Virus record (IMG/VR): IMGVR_UViG_3300027644_000003
Span: 1 to 64,000 of that record
Origin: a virus
Length of the DNA: 64,000 nt
Direction: 5' to 3' (one strand)
Each line of letters starts with the position of its first letter. Positions within the stretch are counted from its first letter, which is position 1. Made by a program: the position numbers and the translations under genes. Of the stretch, positions 8,614 through 16,276 are shown one piece after another. The notes under the pieces were generated by a model. The model was not told the origin of the DNA. It did not search any database and saw nothing but the letters and a program-made list of their open reading frames with translations.

Positions 8614-8901
8614 TTACTTCTTTTTAGGGGTTGCGGCTTTCTTAGCTGCTTTCTTATTTGAACTATCTAAGATAGCAGTTAGCTGCTTTGTAATCTCCGG
8701 AAGAGCAATTCTGGTAATTAAACCAAATGCTGGGTCCTTTGGGTTAAGCGCACGAAGCGCTACTGGGATTACCGCTACTAGGCCGGCTGCAATAAGACCC
8801 TTTGGATCTGTGTTGCCTGTTACCCATAGAGCTGCTGCGGCTGAGATAAATGCACGGCCATATGAGGCAAGTGCTGCTGATACTTTTGGATCTAACTTCA
8901 T
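8614..8901 (-). CDS. Holin-like membrane protein
   Basis: Two hydrophobic helices, ALRALNPKDPAFG motif, basic C-terminal tail. Confidence 0.6.
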   Translation of the reverse strand: MKLDPKVSAALASYGRAFISAAAALWVTGNTDPKGLIAAGLVAVIPVALRALNPKDPAFGLITRIALPEITKQLTAILDSSNKKAAKKAATPKKK

Positions 8902-8903
8902 AG

Positions 8904-9110
8904 TTACTCCTTGTTGTTTCGTTCTGCGATCATAACATATAGATCGTCTATTCTTGATTCTAACCTATTGACGGCGTCTTTTAAACTGCTGCCAGAATTA
9001 GGCTTAAGTTCAACTAAATAGTGTTTTACCATCCACCGAATCATTATTGCGAATGCGCCAATTAAAGAAGTTATTGAGAGCGCAAACGCTGCCCAGTCTT
9101 GAGGTGTCAT
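8904..9110 (-). CDS. Small membrane protein, lysis-associated type
   Basis: One TM helix followed by ELKPNSGSSLKDAVNRLE, a pattern common in actinophage membrane proteins. Confidence 0.65.
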   Translation of the reverse strand: MTPQDWAAFALSITSLIGAFAIMIRWMVKHYLVELKPNSGSSLKDAVNRLESRIDDLYVMIAERNNKE

Positions 9111-9204
9111 TAAGTCTCCAAGAAATCAAGTTGTATGCGCAACTATGATACATAAAATACACCGCGTCATGTTAAAGTATGAACATAGTTAAGAAGGAGA
9201 AAAA

Positions 9205-11772
9205 ATAAACCTACTGCGCCTATTCGCAGCACTAATCCTTACACTATTCCTCTTTATATTGGGACAATATTCAGCACACGCCGAAGAACCAACCGTAACT
9301 ACAGTTGTAGTCAGCCCTGCCTCCACAGATTCTTCTCCAAATCCTGTGACTTCTCCTGCTCCCGTAGTAGTTGTTGTGACAACAAGCGATACTTCGACTT
9401 CCACGGTTCAGACCACTGGATCCCCCCAACCAACCACCCAGACGCAAACCCAAACAGTATTAGTAGTTCCAACTGTAACCTCCGTTCAAGAAAAAATTGA
9501 GGTTGCAACTGTAGCACTATCTACTGCGGTAGCCGTAGCTACCCCTGAGCAACAGTCTGCTGCTGCAGCCCCTGTGGTAACAGCTCAAGCAGATATTACA
9601 ACAGCAACGACCGCGGTTGCGGTAGCCGTGACAGCAGTTGCAGCCGTAGATACTCAAACAGCAGTAGTAACGCAAGCCGTTACTAACGTAGATTCAGCTA
9701 CAGCAGTAGTGGCTACAGCCACAGCAGCAGTAGAGTCTCAAACAGCAGTAGTAGCAACTGCCACAACAACTTTGACCACCGCTCAAACAACACTAACTGC
9801 TTTACAAAATACTCCAGCCGATTCTAAAACCTACACAACAGAAGGCTATGTAGCCCCAGTTGCACCAGAGACCCCAACTGTTACTACAACCACTCTTCCT
9901 GTTATGTACGACGCATCAACTAAAATTCAAACCCCGTTTGATATTAAAGTGGGTGATACCGTATACAACGGTCAAGGTGCAGATAGCCAAATTTATGTGA
10001 CCTCAAAAGCAACTATAACCTTTGGTACTGGCGACCATATCTGGTGGGACTTCCCTAATAGACCAAGCATCTCAGTATTTGCCAGCGACTATATGAATGC
10101 TGGTGAAGGCACATCTACTGTAGTAACCACCACAGATACAACTTTACAAGTTGATTGGAACCTTAAGAAGTTTGGTGACAGCAACAGTCCTATAACCAAC
10201 GTTAACTGGAAAATGACAGTAAATCCAACAACTGGTGAATGGACTGGTGTTGGAACTGTTGCTGGAAATACTACTAATCTTTGGTTTCCGCAACGCACAG
10301 GTGTTCGTGAAGTAGCAGGTCAAGCAATTAAGCCAATGACCACTGTAACCAATGAAACTTTAACGGCTCAAATTACTGCACAAACAGCTGTTGTAGCCGA
10401 TAAGACAGAGGTTAAGGCAGTTGAAGTTGCTGTTCTTGCAACTGTTACAGAAGTGAAAACAACAGCAGAGACAGCACTTGCAACAACTCAGACCACACTA
10501 ACAGCAGAAACTCAAACATTAACTACCCTCCAATCAACGGCTAATACAGCAGTTACTACAGCAAATCAATTAGCAGATACTGCAACTGCTAGCGTAGCAG
10601 TAGCGGTTGCTGCTCTTCAAGTTCCAACACCTATAGTTCAACCAGTGGTCCCTGCGCCCACCCCGGCTCCAGAACCTCAACCCGTTCCTCAACCTGAGCC
10701 AACACCTGCTCCCCAGCCAACACCGGTGCCGCAACCTGAGCCAACACCCGTACCTCAGCCAGAGCCGCAACCACAGCCTGAGCCTGTGCCAACGCCAGTC
10801 CCACAACCTGAGCCTGTGCCTGTGCCTGAACCAGTACCCGTTCCTGAACCTGCTCCAGTAGAACCACCTGTGCCCGAGCCTGCTCCAGAGCCCGCTCCAG
10901 AACCTGCGGAGCCACCTGTTGCAATCCCTGACCCTGAGGGAGCGATTGGCGAGCCACCTATTGACCCACCCAAAGAAGAGCCATTACCACCCACAGAAGA
11001 GCCACAACCACCGGTAGAACCCGAAGCACCACCCGTAGCACCCGTGGAGCCTCCTGTGGAAGCCGAGCCACCCGTGGGACCAAAACCAGCACCAGAGTTA
11101 CCAGCGCCAGAGCCACAAAATCCGTTACCAGAATCACAATTACCTCCACCACCACCCGAAGTAGCAAGTGCTACCAAGGATGGAAATATATCAGATAAAG
11201 AGGCTGATGCGGTAGTCGATGCTTTAGGTAAGGACGGCACTATTACAAACGCTGAGGTTGCATCTCTTGTTGCTGCCCTTGCACCTAAAGGTCAAGAGCT
11301 TACTGAGGATCAAAAAGACCTTGTTGCTGATGTAATCGTTGAGCAGTTTAAAGGTGAAGATGCAGTACCAGCTTCGGCTTTAGAGGCTGCCGGCATTGAG
11401 TTTAAAGACTTGCCCGCAGAACAACCTGTAGAGGTTAGGCAGGATGAAAATGGAAATGAAGTTATCATTACAGCAGACGTTGCTGCAGCCCTCGTGTTAC
11501 TAGAGAACCCTGCGGAATTAATTGGCGCAATATTTGATGACCCTGGTCAAGCCCTCCAAGCAATTGGAAGTATCGGTGCAGATATGAGCACAGAAGAACG
11601 TGAAGAAGCAACAGAAATGGTAGTTGCTGCTGTCATTGCATCTGGTGCTGCTTTGAATGCAGTAGCAGCCGCAGGAGGAACTACAACAGGTGGTTCAACC
11701 GGTGGCGGTAGTAAAGGCGGAGGCGGAGGCGCTTCCGGAGAATCTAAAGGCGTTAGGAGACGTAAGCCGTGA
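9205..11772 (+). CDS. Large secreted or surface-anchored Thr/Ala/Val-rich and Pro/Glu-rich protein
   Basis: The track ORF (9259) extends in frame to ATA at 9205 after AAGGAG, which gives a signal peptide ending AHA/EE. It has PEP repeats and a C-terminal hydrophobic segment followed by RRRKP. Confidence 0.8.
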   Translation: MNLLRLFAALILTLFLFILGQYSAHAEEPTVTTVVVSPASTDSSPNPVTSPAPVVVVVTTSDTSTSTVQTTGSPQPTTQTQTQTVLVVPTVTSVQEKIEVATVALSTAVAVATPEQQSAAAAPVVTAQADITTATTAVAVAVTAVAAVDTQTAVVTQAVTNVDSATAVVATATAAVESQTAVVATATTTLTTAQTTLTALQNTPADSKTYTTEGYVAPVAPETPTVTTTTLPVMYDASTKIQTPFDIKVGDTVYNGQGADSQIYVTSKATITFGTGDHIWWDFPNRPSISVFASDYMNAGEGTSTVVTTTDTTLQVDWNLKKFGDSNSPITNVNWKMTVNPTTGEWTGVGTVAGNTTNLWFPQRTGVREVAGQAIKPMTTVTNETLTAQITAQTAVVADKTEVKAVEVAVLATVTEVKTTAETALATTQTTLTAETQTLTTLQSTANTAVTTANQLADTATASVAVAVAALQVPTPIVQPVVPAPTPAPEPQPVPQPEPTPAPQPTPVPQPEPTPVPQPEPQPQPEPVPTPVPQPEPVPVPEPVPVPEPAPVEPPVPEPAPEPAPEPAEPPVAIPDPEGAIGEPPIDPPKEEPLPPTEEPQPPVEPEAPPVAPVEPPVEAEPPVGPKPAPELPAPEPQNPLPESQLPPPPPEVASATKDGNISDKEADAVVDALGKDGTITNAEVASLVAALAPKGQELTEDQKDLVADVIVEQFKGEDAVPASALEAAGIEFKDLPAEQPVEVRQDENGNEVIITADVAAALVLLENPAELIGAIFDDPGQALQAIGSIGADMSTEEREEATEMVVAAVIASGAALNAVAAAGGTTTGGSTGGGSKGGGGGASGESKGVRRRKP
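10640..11160 (+). repeat. Coding low-complexity repeats (PEP, PQP, PTP)
   Basis: Imperfect tandem repeats encoding PQPEPTPV / PEPAPEP inside the 9205 gene. Confidence 0.9.
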
Positions 11773-11939
11773 GAGTTATTAGAGACATGATTGATCAACT
11801 ATGGACATTGTTAGGCATGTTTATTGCCTGGGTTGTTCTTGATGGATCCGCAAAAACAGTAGTTGGTTACGCAATCATTGGAACACTAGTTGCTTGGGCT
11901 GTTACCTACCCCCTTCGTAACCCAAAAGATGAGGAATAA
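11769..11939 (+). CDS. 56-aa two-TM membrane protein
   Basis: Absent from the track: MRVIRDMIDQLWTLLGMFIAWVVLDGSAKTVVGYAIIGTLVAWAVTYPLRNPKDEE. GTGA overlap with the upstream stop; AGGAG RBS. Confidence 0.8.
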   Translation: MRVIRDMIDQLWTLLGMFIAWVVLDGSAKTVVGYAIIGTLVAWAVTYPLRNPKDEE

Positions 11940-11940
11940 T

Positions 11941-12303
11941 ATGAAATCAATCGGAAACATAATTCTGAGAATCGTTGCAACATTCGCTGCTAGCGGTCTA
12001 TCAGTAATAGGTGCCGGAGCAGTAGCAGGCATATCAATAACAAAAGCAGTTTTAGTAGCTGGTCTTACATCAGTTGCCGCAGTCGTAGAGAAGCTAGCAC
12101 GTGGCTTTATGAATGATGGCAAATTAGATCTTGAAGAAATCAACGCCGCATTTGCAGCAGTTGATGTCAATTCAAAGACCGCCGCTGACCTAAAGGTAGA
12201 GGCAAAGCAATCTGGACAAGACATCGTAATATCCGCTGGTAATAAGCCAGATGGTGAGGTTCCAGAAGAACAACCAATTGATGAAGATTGGGATAAGCGA
12301 TAA
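11941..12303 (+). CDS. Holin-like membrane protein
   Basis: ATG at 11941 after GAGGA; two hydrophobic segments and an acidic tail; directly upstream of the endolysin. Confidence 0.65.
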   Translation: MKSIGNIILRIVATFAASGLSVIGAGAVAGISITKAVLVAGLTSVAAVVEKLARGFMNDGKLDLEEINAAFAAVDVNSKTAADLKVEAKQSGQDIVISAGNKPDGEVPEEQPIDEDWDKR

Positions 12304-12851
12304 TGGCAGATAAAGGAACAGTAGCTAAGCTCATTGAAGTAGCTACAGCAGAACTAGGAACTATTGAAGGCCCTAAAGATAATGAAACAAAGTATGGCAA
12401 GTATGCAAAGGCTAACTTCCAACCTTGGTGTGGGTCATTTGTAAACTGGTGCGCTAACGAAGCCGGTGTAAAGGTACCTAATACCGTTTATACACCTGGT
12501 GGAGCAGCAGCATTTAAGAAGGCTAACTCTTGGATTGATGGCGACATCGCAGATCCGGAACCAGGAGATATCGCCTATTTTGATTTCCCATCAGATGGCG
12601 TCGATCGAATTTCTCACGTTGGAATTGTTATCAAAGACAACGGTGATGGAACAGTTTGGTGCATTGAAGGAAACACAAGCCCAGATGAAAAGGGTTCACA
12701 ACGTAATGGTGGTCAAGTTTCTAAGAAGCTTCGTGCTTATAAGAAAAACCCTAAGAAGGTTATGATCTCTATCGTAGGATTTGGCCGCCCTAAGTTTGGC
12801 GGAGCTCCTGCAGCACCTGCAGCTACTAAGTGTTCTTGCTGCGGTAAGTAA
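12303..12851 (+). CDS. CHAP-domain endolysin
   Basis: QPWCGSFVNW...PGDIAYFDF...SHVGIV...IEGNT, the CHAP Cys/His signature. Confidence 0.92.
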   Translation: MADKGTVAKLIEVATAELGTIEGPKDNETKYGKYAKANFQPWCGSFVNWCANEAGVKVPNTVYTPGGAAAFKKANSWIDGDIADPEPGDIAYFDFPSDGVDRISHVGIVIKDNGDGTVWCIEGNTSPDEKGSQRNGGQVSKKLRAYKKNPKKVMISIVGFGRPKFGGAPAAPAATKCSCCGK

Positions 12852-12943
12852 TGTATTACCTCACACACATCACATTCCAAGGAGTATTTTTATTAACTCT
12901 TTTTGCAGTTACTTTCCTTGGAATGTGGTGGGCTGAGCGCTAA
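12851..12943 (+). CDS. 30-aa single-TM micropeptide
   Basis: TAATG-coupled to the endolysin: MYYLTHITFQGVFLLTLFAVTFLGMWWAER. Its stop overlaps the stop of the convergent gene. Confidence 0.55.
   Translation: MYYLTHITFQGVFLLTLFAVTFLGMWWAER
12871..12927. repeat. 13-bp perfect inverted repeat at the convergent junction
   Basis: CACATTCCAAGGA (12871-12883) and TCCTTGGAATGTG (12915-12927). Confidence 0.85.
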
Positions 12944-13689
12944 GATATAAGGTTGTTTTTAATCTCCTGTAAAACAAGATTACTCATGCTAACTGAATCA
13001 AACAACTCATAACGTTTGTCCATAGACTGTTCGTTTGTAAAATAAGTCGCGCATTGAGTAGAATATTCTAAAAGAGTATCGCTAAAAGTAAACCTTTGAA
13101 GATTAATTTTTTTATCGGTATCAAACGTTGCATAAAATAAAGGCTCGTTTTCTTCAAAATAAAGTTTGCCTTTTGGTTCCCAAACTTGCACTTCAAATAT
13201 AAAAGGTCTAAACCACCTGCCAATATCATACTGACCAGGAACAGCTGTGGCGTACCTAGTATATTTAGGGGGATGAAACATTGGAGGAGTAATAGACATG
13301 GTTAATGGCTCATCAGAGAAAAAAATCCACCTAAGTTGAAACTCAATAGTTGGTTTTTTGTTTAAAGCGGGTGGACGCCTAATTGTACAGTTTAAATAAC
13401 GTTCTTCGTTGGGGGTTATTTTTAGATTCTGTGAGTCTGTAAGATCATAAGTATAGCTACAAGCTCTATTGTTTTTAAAGACAACAGTTCTACTAAATGT
13501 AGATGTTGCTGCGGGACAAGATAAAAAAGTACTTGGGCCCCGGTTAGGGTTTTTTTCTTGCATTAACTCAGACTGCAAAGATTTTGGATTTTGATACGGA
13601 AACTGACCGCCTGCAGCTAGCCAAGGCTCATCACTGTTTAAAGAAACAGCTGGAGCCCAATAAACATTTACTTGATCAGATGCGTTCAT
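12940..13689 (-). CDS. Hypothetical protein (DUF6065-like beta fold), paralogue of 16277..17068
   Basis: VYWAPA, CPA, YDIGRWFRPF, EPLFYATFDTDK. Confidence 0.7.
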   Translation of the reverse strand: MNASDQVNVYWAPAVSLNSDEPWLAAGGQFPYQNPKSLQSELMQEKNPNRGPSTFLSCPAATSTFSRTVVFKNNRACSYTYDLTDSQNLKITPNEERYLNCTIRRPPALNKKPTIEFQLRWIFFSDEPLTMSITPPMFHPPKYTRYATAVPGQYDIGRWFRPFIFEVQVWEPKGKLYFEENEPLFYATFDTDKKINLQRFTFSDTLLEYSTQCATYFTNEQSMDKRYELFDSVSMSNLVLQEIKNNLIS

Positions 13690-14857
13690 TAATGCCCCCC
13701 AAAACAACTAATTCACGACGTGGATCAAAACCATCTCCAACAACTAAAGAAATAATTCCTGGTGCGCTTTCAAGCCCAGACTTATCACGGAACCAAGCAG
13801 ATCCGTTATCCATTGCTGGGTTTTGAATAAACAATCGTGGTCCAACATTCTGTGAACGATAGTGGTGATAATGACCTACGTTAAGAATGTCAGCGTGAGC
13901 TACAGAACAACGTCCCATAACTTGACCTTGCCACCACTTAACCATGTCACGTGACTGATGACCGTGAGCCATACCGTACATAACTCCACTTAGATCTATT
14001 GTAAGAGTGCTGTCATCTGCTGCTGGATAGCGGAACTCCACGCGATCACGTAAGAACTCGCTTTCCTTACAGATGTCTTCAACCTGAGCAACTACATCAA
14101 TCTGCCAAGAATCTTCAGGGCGACCTACTAAGAAGCGCTGTACTTCGTCGTGGTTACCTGGCACTACCGGAACAATTATCTTGTCAGTTAAAGGTGCAAG
14201 AGCTTTGATTTGAGCAAGAAGCATTCTGCGTCCAACTCGTACTTGTTCTGAAACACCAATGTCATGTCGTCCCATTACTTTACCTTTTTGACTTGTCATA
14301 CCTTCAATACAATCGCCAAGCTGTGGCAAAGCAATCTGTTTAATTCCATACTTACCGGCTAAATACTTGTGATGTGCAACAGCCTCGTCAATAGAACTAA
14401 GAACTCTGTCAATAATAGCTGGGGTGTCATCCTTACCGTATTGAGTATCTCCAATGCTGTACACAGCAGTTAGATCACCTGATGACTTAAGAACTTCTTT
14501 AGGCTCCCAGTTAACAACTAAAGAAAGAAGTTGTTCTAAATCATAATCTGGTGCAGTTGACTTACCTGATGGAACAACGTTAACTCTAAATGACTCTAGC
14601 CAATCTCCGTTAAATGTTTGCCAACGTGAACGTCGATGAGATACAACAATCCACTCAGCTGGATCTAACTTTGCCTCAATAAGAATTTCTTCTGCGCCAG
14701 GAGTATTGCCATCTGGGCGTGGAGTAGAAACAATAAAGCCACCATCTGTTCCAATTTCAGAACGTGGTCTCCATGCTTCTGGAATATTTTTACTTGTCTT
14801 ATCAGAACCTTGATTACTGGTTTGAATTATTGCGTCATAATCATCTGCTAAAGACAT
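13676..14857 (-). CDS. Calcineurin-like metallophosphoesterase
   Basis: GDTQYG, LGDCIEG, PGNHDE, AHGH, GHYH motifs; AAGGAG RBS before ATG 14857. Confidence 0.88.
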   Translation of the reverse strand: MSLADDYDAIIQTSNQGSDKTSKNIPEAWRPRSEIGTDGGFIVSTPRPDGNTPGAEEILIEAKLDPAEWIVVSHRRSRWQTFNGDWLESFRVNVVPSGKSTAPDYDLEQLLSLVVNWEPKEVLKSSGDLTAVYSIGDTQYGKDDTPAIIDRVLSSIDEAVAHHKYLAGKYGIKQIALPQLGDCIEGMTSQKGKVMGRHDIGVSEQVRVGRRMLLAQIKALAPLTDKIIVPVVPGNHDEVQRFLVGRPEDSWQIDVVAQVEDICKESEFLRDRVEFRYPAADDSTLTIDLSGVMYGMAHGHQSRDMVKWWQGQVMGRCSVAHADILNVGHYHHYRSQNVGPRLFIQNPAMDNGSAWFRDKSGLESAPGIISLVVGDGFDPRRELVVLGGINERI

Positions 14858-15081
14858 ACACAATCTCCTTGTCGGTGGTCACGAACAGCGGTCTTGCCAA
14901 ACGTGCCCCCCGCACGGCGGAGTAACATAAATAAATCTTTTGTACTTAGATCATCATCTTCAATAGCTGTGTCTAAAGCTTTTTTGTCTTCTTCAGAAAG
15001 GGTAGCTGCCCATTGTCCTACGATGCACGCTTTCAAAGTATTCATAGTTTTTACTTCGGTGTACAGATCTTGCAATGACAT
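14848..15081 (-). CDS. Small hypothetical protein with C...H...CxC, possibly Zn/DNA-binding
   Basis: GGAGG RBS; CIVGQW...RDHRQGDCVC. Confidence 0.75.
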   Translation of the reverse strand: MSLQDLYTEVKTMNTLKACIVGQWAATLSEEDKKALDTAIEDDDLSTKDLFMLLRRAGGTFGKTAVRDHRQGDCVCL

Positions 15082-15113
15082 TGGTGCCTCCAAGTTTTAG
15101 TCCAATTGCAGTA

Positions 15114-15144
15114 CTAGGCCTTAGAGATGAACTCTAAGACCTAG
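15114..15144. promoter_or_regulatory. Palindromic element containing TTAGAG-N5-CTCTAA, copy 1
   Basis: CTAGGCCTTAGAG-ATGAA-CTCTAAGACCTAG, just downstream of a minus-strand TATGCT -10-like box. Confidence 0.5.
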
Positions 15145-15162
15145 TTACTAGCATACATCAAA

Positions 15163-15531
15163 TTAGTAAGAAGTGCTATTACCCGAATCAAAGTTTGTAC
15201 GATCACGCTTTGCAGCGGTCGAAATAACTCGTCCGTTAGCCTGTGTTGCACCGGCTGCTGGATCTGTCATCTTTGTATATCGAGGGCCGCCTTTAATTGA
15301 ATAGGCTGCTCCTGCACGATCTTGTCCTGTAGCTGACACGTTTGCACGTGAAGCCTTTGGCTGTGCGTACGGATCGCCAGCCGCTGTGTTCTTCTTTGGT
15401 ACAAGTGTGCCAGCCTTTGGTGATGCAGATGGAGATGAAAACTTAAGTCCATCTCTGTTCATAGGCGTGCGACCTTGCTTTGCCATACCTGCAAGCGCCT
15501 CGTCAGGGCTTGGGTTCGAGCTTTTTGCCAT
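15163..15531 (-). CDS. Hypothetical basic low-complexity protein
   Basis: AGGAA RBS; 122-aa ORF. Confidence 0.75.
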   Translation of the reverse strand: MAKSSNPSPDEALAGMAKQGRTPMNRDGLKFSSPSASPKAGTLVPKKNTAAGDPYAQPKASRANVSATGQDRAGAAYSIKGGPRYTKMTDPAAGATQANGRVISTAAKRDRTNFDSGNSTSY

Positions 15532-15574
15532 GGTGTTCCTAACTGTTAAGAGATCTCTTGTAATAAAGAATATA

Positions 15575-15859
15575 TCAATTTACATTGATAGTAAAGACTA
15601 TTGCTGAAATTTGTCCGTCACGAGAATCTACGGTAGTAAATCCTGGTCGGCAGCTGAGGTCTAGACCTCTAGGTGCGACATAGCCACGAGCAATAGCAAT
15701 TGCTTTTACTGCTTGATTTACTGCGGAAGCTCCAACAGCCCTCAATTTTACTTGTGGACGCTCATATAGAGCGTGGGCTATGGCTGAGCCTACCGATTGA
15801 GCATTAGAACCGGCGCTTACACGCAGGAACTGTTCTTCGGTTGAATCTTTATCTATCAC
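15575..15859 (-). CDS. spoVS: SpoVS-family protein (Alba-like fold)
   Basis: LRVSAGSNAQSVGSAIA...RAVGASAVNQAVKAIAIARGYVAPRGLDL...PGF...ISAIVF is the SpoVS consensus. Confidence 0.93.
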   Translation of the reverse strand: MIDKDSTEEQFLRVSAGSNAQSVGSAIAHALYERPQVKLRAVGASAVNQAVKAIAIARGYVAPRGLDLSCRPGFTTVDSRDGQISAIVFTINVN

Positions 15860-15883
15860 GTTTTGTAGTCCTTAGGTTTCGAT

Positions 15884-15902
15884 TTAGAGTTGCCCTCTAA
15901 GG
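15884..15902. promoter_or_regulatory. Palindromic element TTAGAG-N5-CTCTAA, copy 2
   Basis: TTAGAG-TTGCC-CTCTAAGG upstream of spoVS. Confidence 0.5.
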
Positions 15903-15917
15903 TAAAAGGTACGTGAT

Positions 15918-16268
15918 TTAAGGGGTTAAGTCAGGGTATCCAGCCTCTTTTAACAGCCTGATTAGATCATCTAAACGTAAAACTGCCGGCCAATCCCCGA
16001 TGCTTGCTGGACCTTGACCATTAAGACGAAGTACTGCAATAGGCAAAATTTCCCCATCACCGCGTTCTTTTAGCTGTTTTATAGCAGCGCTAGGGTTAAA
16101 GTCTTTTCTAGCTTTTACTTCCCAATCAATGCCTATAGTTCCGGTAACGTCAGTACCAGTCCTACCTGCGCCGGTAGATTTTGCATAAGGCCAACCCTCG
16201 ATTACTAACTTATCAGCCAGTATGTCCTGAGACTTATACCCACGATGTTTTCTACTTTGAGATGGCAC
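15918..16268 (-). CDS. Holliday junction resolvase-like PD-(D/E)xK nuclease
   Basis: SRKHRG...GRTGTDVTG...WEVKAR. Confidence 0.75.
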   Translation of the reverse strand: MPSQSRKHRGYKSQDILADKLVIEGWPYAKSTGAGRTGTDVTGTIGIDWEVKARKDFNPSAAIKQLKERGDGEILPIAVLRLNGQGPASIGDWPAVLRLDDLIRLLKEAGYPDLTP

Positions 16269-16276
16269 AAGGCACC

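Noticed and set aside
10570-11240. Gly-rich and Arg/Trp-rich minus-strand ORFs, and a possible CRISPR-like repeat array
   Set aside because: These are reverse-frame readings of Pro-Glu codon repeats. The repeats are degenerate at third positions and have no constant repeat with unique spacers.
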